Under the pieces are notes generated by a model. It was not told the origin of the DNA, did no database searches, and worked only from the letters and a program-made list of their open reading frames with translations. Below, piece by piece: positions 51,831 through 57,102 of a stretch of DNA of 57,102 bases. The stretch lies in NCBI GenBank assembly GCA_001938485.1, contig MQRK01238598.1, forward strand, positions 1 to 57,102, written 5' to 3'. The position numbers were made by a program, and so were the translations under genes. Every line of letters starts with the position of its first letter. Position 1 is the stretch's first letter. This DNA comes from Girardia tigrina (Eukaryota).

Positions 51831-52019
51831 TTACCATAATACTACATAATTTAAAGTCAATAGAGTCCATATATATTTGATAAAATTTATTATACTAAAT
51901 AATTTTTAAAAAAATACCACAATTTTAGTATAAAGAAGCAATATGTTTAGATGGCTTAATTTATCAACTACATCGTAATAATTTTGTAAAGCACTCGATA
52001 ATTGATTGTAGATTGATGT

Positions 52020-52290
52020 AATTTCGTTTTTTGACTTCCAAACGACTAGATCGAAAATCGGCTTCAGTTAAACGATGACAACCAATATCACGGTTTCGGC
52101 CATCAAACAATAGCCATACAGTACGATGATTGCAATAAAAAATTCAGTTGAGAGCATTTTGCACACCTTCAGAGCAATTTTTAGTTTTGATTATATTTTT
52201 TTATCAATGGCACTTTTAAAATGATGCCAAACTTCTATTTGGAATAATGGGTTCCTTCCAGGTACTATGTAAGAACTTCCCACTTGACAA
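52020..52290 (-). pseudogene. MULE transposase C-terminal remnant
   Basis: PLFQIEVWHHF...TKNCSEGVQNALN..F.CNH..VW. Confidence 0.55.
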
Positions 52291-53515
52291 TTTTTTGACA
52301 ATTTAAAATTTTCATTTACCGTTATTCTATAATACATGCTTTTTTATTCCGAAATAAAAGTTTTTTTATAGCTAAATATTGAAATTCCTAAAAGTAATCA
52401 GTTTACATAATTTAATGTTTAAATAATTTAATCCTTTTAAATAATCAAATTTCTGAGTCATCGTAAATGTCAATTTTTGATAAAATTTAGATAATAAAAT
52501 GGAAGTCACAAAAAAATGTTTTGTCAAAAGTTTTGTAAATACAACTGTTAGAAGTATTTGTAACATCAATTTCCGAAATCATTTTAACACAAATTATATA
52601 TTTAACAATAACAATTTTCAAACAAAATTCCCAACTTTTTCTAAATTTGTAATCAATCCGACGATCTCAATCTTCCAATAATTTTTCATTTATTGTAAAT
52701 TGCAATCAAATCAAAATAACATTTAATTTTAAAATTTAAAAAAATATTTATGAAAATTATTAATTTACAGATATTTAGTTTTTGATGAAAATAATTTTTT
52801 AAATTTGTTATTTATTTAAGCCTTTTATAATGTTTTTAAAATTTGTTTTTCAGATAAAATTTTATATGCTGTTTTCTTAATTTTGCGTTTTTTATAAAAA
52901 ACATTTTATAATTTATTTTTAGTATTTTTTAAATTTTTGAAAATGCGTTTTATTTAATATTCAATTTTTTTATGTTTTAAATATTAAATTTTTTAATCAT
53001 ATCCTTAATTGATTTTAAAATTTGAAAAATAAGTTTTAAAAATATTAATAAAATTCAAATAAATTTTTTATTTTTAAAAATACTGTTTCATTTGTTATTT
53101 GTTTTAATCAACTCATTTTGTTACTAAAATATTTTTTTAAATCAAATGAATTTATAAAGAATATTTTAAAAAAATCAGATTTAAAATATTTTATTATCAT
53201 TCTACTTAATCGTTAAAATTTTCATTTTGATTTCTATTCCAAATAATTTGTAAGACTTTTTAAATTTTGATCAGGGAACTAAATTAACTACCTCCTCATA
53301 ACAACAAAAACCAAATATTTTTAATTAAAATATTTCAATAAATTGTTTTATAAATTTTTGTTGAATCAATATTGTAAGAAAGTTGTATTTAGAAAAATAA
53401 TATTAAAAAAAGTATTACTTTTGTTATGTCCCTTTTGTGATCAAAACTTTATCAAAAATTAACATTGTTATTAATAAATTATTAAAAAAAAAGTGAACGC
53501 CATTTTTCACAATTT

Positions 53516-53562
53516 ATTTTCGTAATTAATTTCGGCGGATTACCCGCCATCTTCAGACTAAA
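53516..53562 (-). ncRNA. Minimal type I hammerhead ribozyme (3' pLTR)
   Basis: UUUAGU-CUGAAGA-U-GGCGG-GUAAU-CCGCC-GAAA-UUAAU-U-ACGAAA. Intact core and palindromic stem III AAUUAAUU. Confidence 0.85.
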
Positions 53563-54700
53563 TTAACACTGGCTTTTTGCAGCTTACATATGAGAAGGTG
53601 ATTATGCAATCAATCGTGTAATAAAGGCTCTATTTGAAAATGTTTAACAGAGAAGTTGAGTGTGAAGCTTGAATATTAATTTTTGGATCCATAGATCTTA
53701 TTAATAAGGCCTCACACGTTACTCTCTACCAGTAATTTTTAAATCGATTACAATTTTAAAATCATTTTCTCCGATTTTCTTTTTACATTTTAAATTATGT
53801 TCGGCAATATTGCTCCCATTATCCAACTGACTATGCTCTTTGATCCGTTTACAGAGATGACGAGATGTCTCTCCAATGTATGTGACGTTACACCCATTAT
53901 ATGTATATTTATAAACAAGATCGGAGCACAAACCGAGAGGAGTGGGAGATTTATTACTGAACATATCACGAATTTTATATGATTGTGAAATAATTTTTAG
54001 ATTCAGGGTATTTGGGATCAAACTTTTCAAAATTGATTATTTTAAATGTTTAAAACCCTCTGAATAAGGAATCGATAAGATATACCTTGATTCAAGTGGG
54101 TTATAATTTGTATTAGGGGAAATGTTTTGAGGAGTCGTATTATTAAGATTTTTATTATTACTATTTGACTCATTTAATATTTTATCTAAAGTTTGATGAG
54201 TTAATTTTTCGATAAATGATTTTGACCATNNNNNNNNNNNNNNNNNNNNNNNNNNNNNNNNNNNNNNNNNNNNNNNNNNNNNNNNNNNNNNNNNNNNNNN
54301 NNNNNNNNNNNNNNNNNNNNNNNNNNNNNNNNNNNNNNNNNNNNNNNNNNNNNNNNNNNNNNNNNNNNNNNNNNNNNNNNNNNNNNNNNNNNNNNNNNNN
54401 NNNNNNNNNNAATTAGATTTCCTGTTGATCAATAGGTCTAAAAATGGTAGAGTACTCTGCACTTCTTCCTCTACTGTGAATTTGATATTAGAATGGATCG
54501 AATTCATATAATTTAGAAATTGTTTTACAGGATCTTTATTTTCGAAAATCAAAAATACATCATCTACATATTTTTTATATACAAGTGGTTTATAACCGGA
54601 AAACAAATCAATATTTTCTTCAATTTTGGACAAAAAAAATTGAAGCTAATGTTGGTGCTAATGGAGATCCCATTGCAACACCATCCACTTGTTTGTACCA

Positions 54701-54996
54701 TTGATTATTAAATAAAAAATTTATATTTGATGTGGCAAATGTCAAAAAATCTCAAAATGCAACCACGTTTAAATTTTTGTGTTCATGAGAATTATTTTTC
54801 CAAATTTCACAGCATAAATTTATGGTTTCATTTAGTGGGACATTAGTATTGATTATTAAATAAAAAATTTATATTTGATGTGGCAAATGTCAAAAAATCT
54901 CAAAATGCAACCACGTTTAAATTTTTGTGTTCATGAGAATTATTTTTCCAAATTTCACAGCATAAATTTATGGTTTCATTTAGTGGGACATTAGTA
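54701..54996. repeat. Exact 148-bp tandem duplication inside the Penelope RT
   Basis: 54701-54848 is repeated at 54849-54996. Confidence 0.9.
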
Positions 54997-55458
54997 AATA
55001 AACTAGTCACATCAAACGAAACCATGAATTCATTTTTATTACTTAATTCATAATTGGAAATAAAGTTAACAAATTCAAAACTGTCACGACATGCATACTT
55101 TTCCTATATTAAACCTTTTAACTTTAAGTCTAAAAATTTAGCGATGTCATATTGTGCAGTTTGAACCATTGAAAGAATTGGACGCATAGGTACACCATCC
55201 TTGTGAACTTTAGGAAGTCCATATAACTTNNNNNNNTGGGAACCTATTGGTTTTAATTGCTTCCCTAATTTTTCATCAAGGTGTCCATTTTTAATTAATT
55301 TATTTAATAAAGACGAGAGATGTTCTTCATCTTTTAAAGGGGCTAATTTCCCATTTTTTCGAAATTTTTTTTCAAAAACATTTTCAAATAGAGCCTTTAT
55401 TACATGATTGATTGCATGATCACCTTTCTCATATATAAGCTGCAAAAAGCCAGTGTTA

Positions 55459-55505
55459 ATTTAGTCTGAAGATGGCGGGTAATCCGCCGAAATTAATTAC
55501 AAAAA
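55459..55505 (+). ncRNA. Minimal type I hammerhead ribozyme (inverted 5' pLTR)
   Basis: TTTAGT-CTGAAGA(55466-55472)-T-GGCGG-GTAAT-CCGCC-GAAA-TTAAT-T-ACAAAA. Confidence 0.85.
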
Positions 55506-55969
55506 TAAATTGTGAAAAATGGCGTTCACTTTTTAATAATGAATATCAATTGCCATAATTTTTTAAATTACTTAAATTATTAAAACATTAAATTATATAA
55601 ATTGCTTACTTTTTAAGAATTAAAATGTTTAGCATATATTTCTTATTAAAAACCTCTATTTCGTTATAAAACAGGTTTTATTTCGCAATGACACTGTAAT
55701 ATAGCTCATTACATAAAGTTAAGTTTTTATTAGCTATATATTTTAAATTGTTAAGGTTCAAAAATTATTTTTAAAAGTTAATCCAAATTTGGAAGGTTCA
55801 AAATCAAACTCCTAACCAATTTTGTATTTAAATTATGAATATATTTTGAAAATCCTTTAGGGTTACTTTAAGAGATTTGCATAATTTTATTGATAATTTT
55901 TAATTAATTAATTCAAGCGGAAGATGTCAAAGATAGAAAAAAATGGTTTTTGATATTGTAATATTTTAA

Positions 55970-56050
55970 CACGTTGACGGACATAACGATTTATGTCACA
56001 CTACATACGTTATCTGAAGACGTCGTATGGCGTCAATGTCTATCAACGTG
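55970..56050. mobile_element. Tiny piggyBac-like MITE (81 bp)
   Basis: TTAA|CACGTTGACGGACAT ... ATGTCTATCAACGTG|TAA. The right TSD is imperfect. Confidence 0.55.
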
Positions 56051-57061
56051 TAACACATTAATAGATGTGGATGGGTTAACTCTTTACTATATGGCTTTTT
56101 GGTAAGTATCAACAAGTTTAAACTAGAATCAAATTATGATAAATTTTAGAATTATGAATTGTTAGATAGGATGAATCAAATAAAATTCGGTTTTTAAAAG
56201 CCTTTTTTCTTACTCCTGTTCTTTACATATTCAATTTTCTTAAAAACTAATGTTATTCGCGTGCAGAGTTTATCTAAAATAATTATCAATATTATCAACA
56301 TTATTTACATTTATTAAAAACAAAATCTCAAAATATTTAACTCAAAATATGACTCTAAAATTAAAATAATTATTTATTTTTTTTATTATAAAATATTTTA
56401 TTTTTTTAAAAATATAGTATAGTCTGAAAACATGTAAAATAGACGGATTATCTCACGATTTTTAGACTTCAATTAAAAAGAAGTTCTAGTTACATTTTTT
56501 GTTTATTAGAAAATTATTTTCGATATATAATATAGATAATCTTATTTTCACTTTTATGGTTTCACCTGTTGTTTTATTTTTTTCAAAACTTGATGATTTG
56601 TCACATTATTTATAAAATTCAAATATAATAATCAAATTATATTAAACAAATTATTAAAATACAAACAAAAAAATCTGTCATCCATTAAAATTGCTCAGAT
56701 ATTTTCGATTAATACTTAAAATTATATTTCTGTATTAAAAATAATTTCAGTTTGTATTTGCCTGTAAAAAGTAATGGCCAGTTAATATTAAATGCAAGAA
56801 TAAAAAATTACCTTTAAAAAATAAAGAAAAATCAAATTCGTTTGTGAAAAGAAAGAATAAAAAAAATCCTAATTAAATTTAATTTTGGTAAATTAATATT
56901 GAATTTGAATTGAATTAATTAATTGAATGAATTAATTAATTGAATTTTAATTGTTAGGTAAAAATAAATTATATATATATATAATATAACATTAAGATTT
57001 AATGGCAATTTATTTGTAAAAAATAAAAATAATAGACGCCATTTTAAAAGTTTTTTATTTA

Positions 57062-57098
57062 ACAAAACATGTTTCGCCATTACGGCATCATCAGTTGT
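57062..57098 (-). ncRNA. Minimal type I hammerhead ribozyme of another Penelope pLTR (element continues beyond the window)
   Basis: ACAA-CUGAUGA-U-GCC-GUAAU-GGC-GAAA-CAUGU-U-UUGU: perfect core and stem I, palindromic ACAUGU. Followed by AATAAA and AAAATGGCGT, as in the 53.5/55.5 kb pLTRs. Confidence 0.88.
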
Positions 57099-57102
57099 GA
57101 AG

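Larger units (their letters stand above)
53478..55540 (-). mobile_element. Penelope-like element, 5'-truncated, with an inverted pLTR at its 5' end
   Basis: RT motifs KLYGLPKVHKDGVPMRPILS, FDVTSLFTNVP, GVAMGSP, YVDDVF, LPFLDLLI. GIY-YIG LVYKY..YIGETSRHL. ~165-bp inverted repeats at 53478-53645 and 55376-55540. Confidence 0.95.

Noticed and set aside
56014-56036. CTGAAGA plus hairpin inside the small MITE
   Set aside because: No GAAA/UH core.
1-57102. CRISPR arrays, prokaryotic operons, tRNA genes, Fanzor/TnpB
   Set aside because: No regularly spaced repeat-spacer array, cloverleaf, operon-like ORF density or RuvC-like ORF was seen; the window is eukaryotic repeat-rich DNA.

Overview
Very AT-rich eukaryotic scaffold with several N-gaps, made almost entirely of decayed transposable elements. 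The element mix suggests an invertebrate, possibly a freshwater planarian; this is inference and cannot be proven here. The only convincing host-type CDS is a single-exon ankyrin-repeat ORF (39679-40392, +). Retroelements: Penelope-like elements (RT, GIY-YIG, pLTRs with minimal hammerhead ribozymes), RTE-type LINEs with C-terminal C2H2 fingers (one with a TSD and a twin-priming 5' inversion), RLE-type (NeSL/R4-like) LINE pieces and Gypsy gag remnants. DNA transposons: hAT (TIRs plus 8-bp TSD), Tc1, mariner, piggyBac, pogo-like MITEs and MULE remnants, several of them nested. Most interesting: (1) one ~320-bp retroposon body present twice with different small-RNA heads, a sense 5S rRNA-like head at 1166-1280 and an antisense U1 snRNA head at 13481-13611, joined at a CAGGT(A/C)AG repeat complementary to the U1 5' end; (2) two diverged copies (4040-4345 minus, 38557-38953 plus) of a GC-rich LTR-like element that keeps short linker motifs while its hairpins change sequence, as a conserved structured RNA would; (3) three intact and several decayed pLTR hammerheads; (4) a 21-bp minisatellite built from RFX X-box motifs. 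Everything was read and aligned by eye, so the boundaries of degraded elements are approximate.
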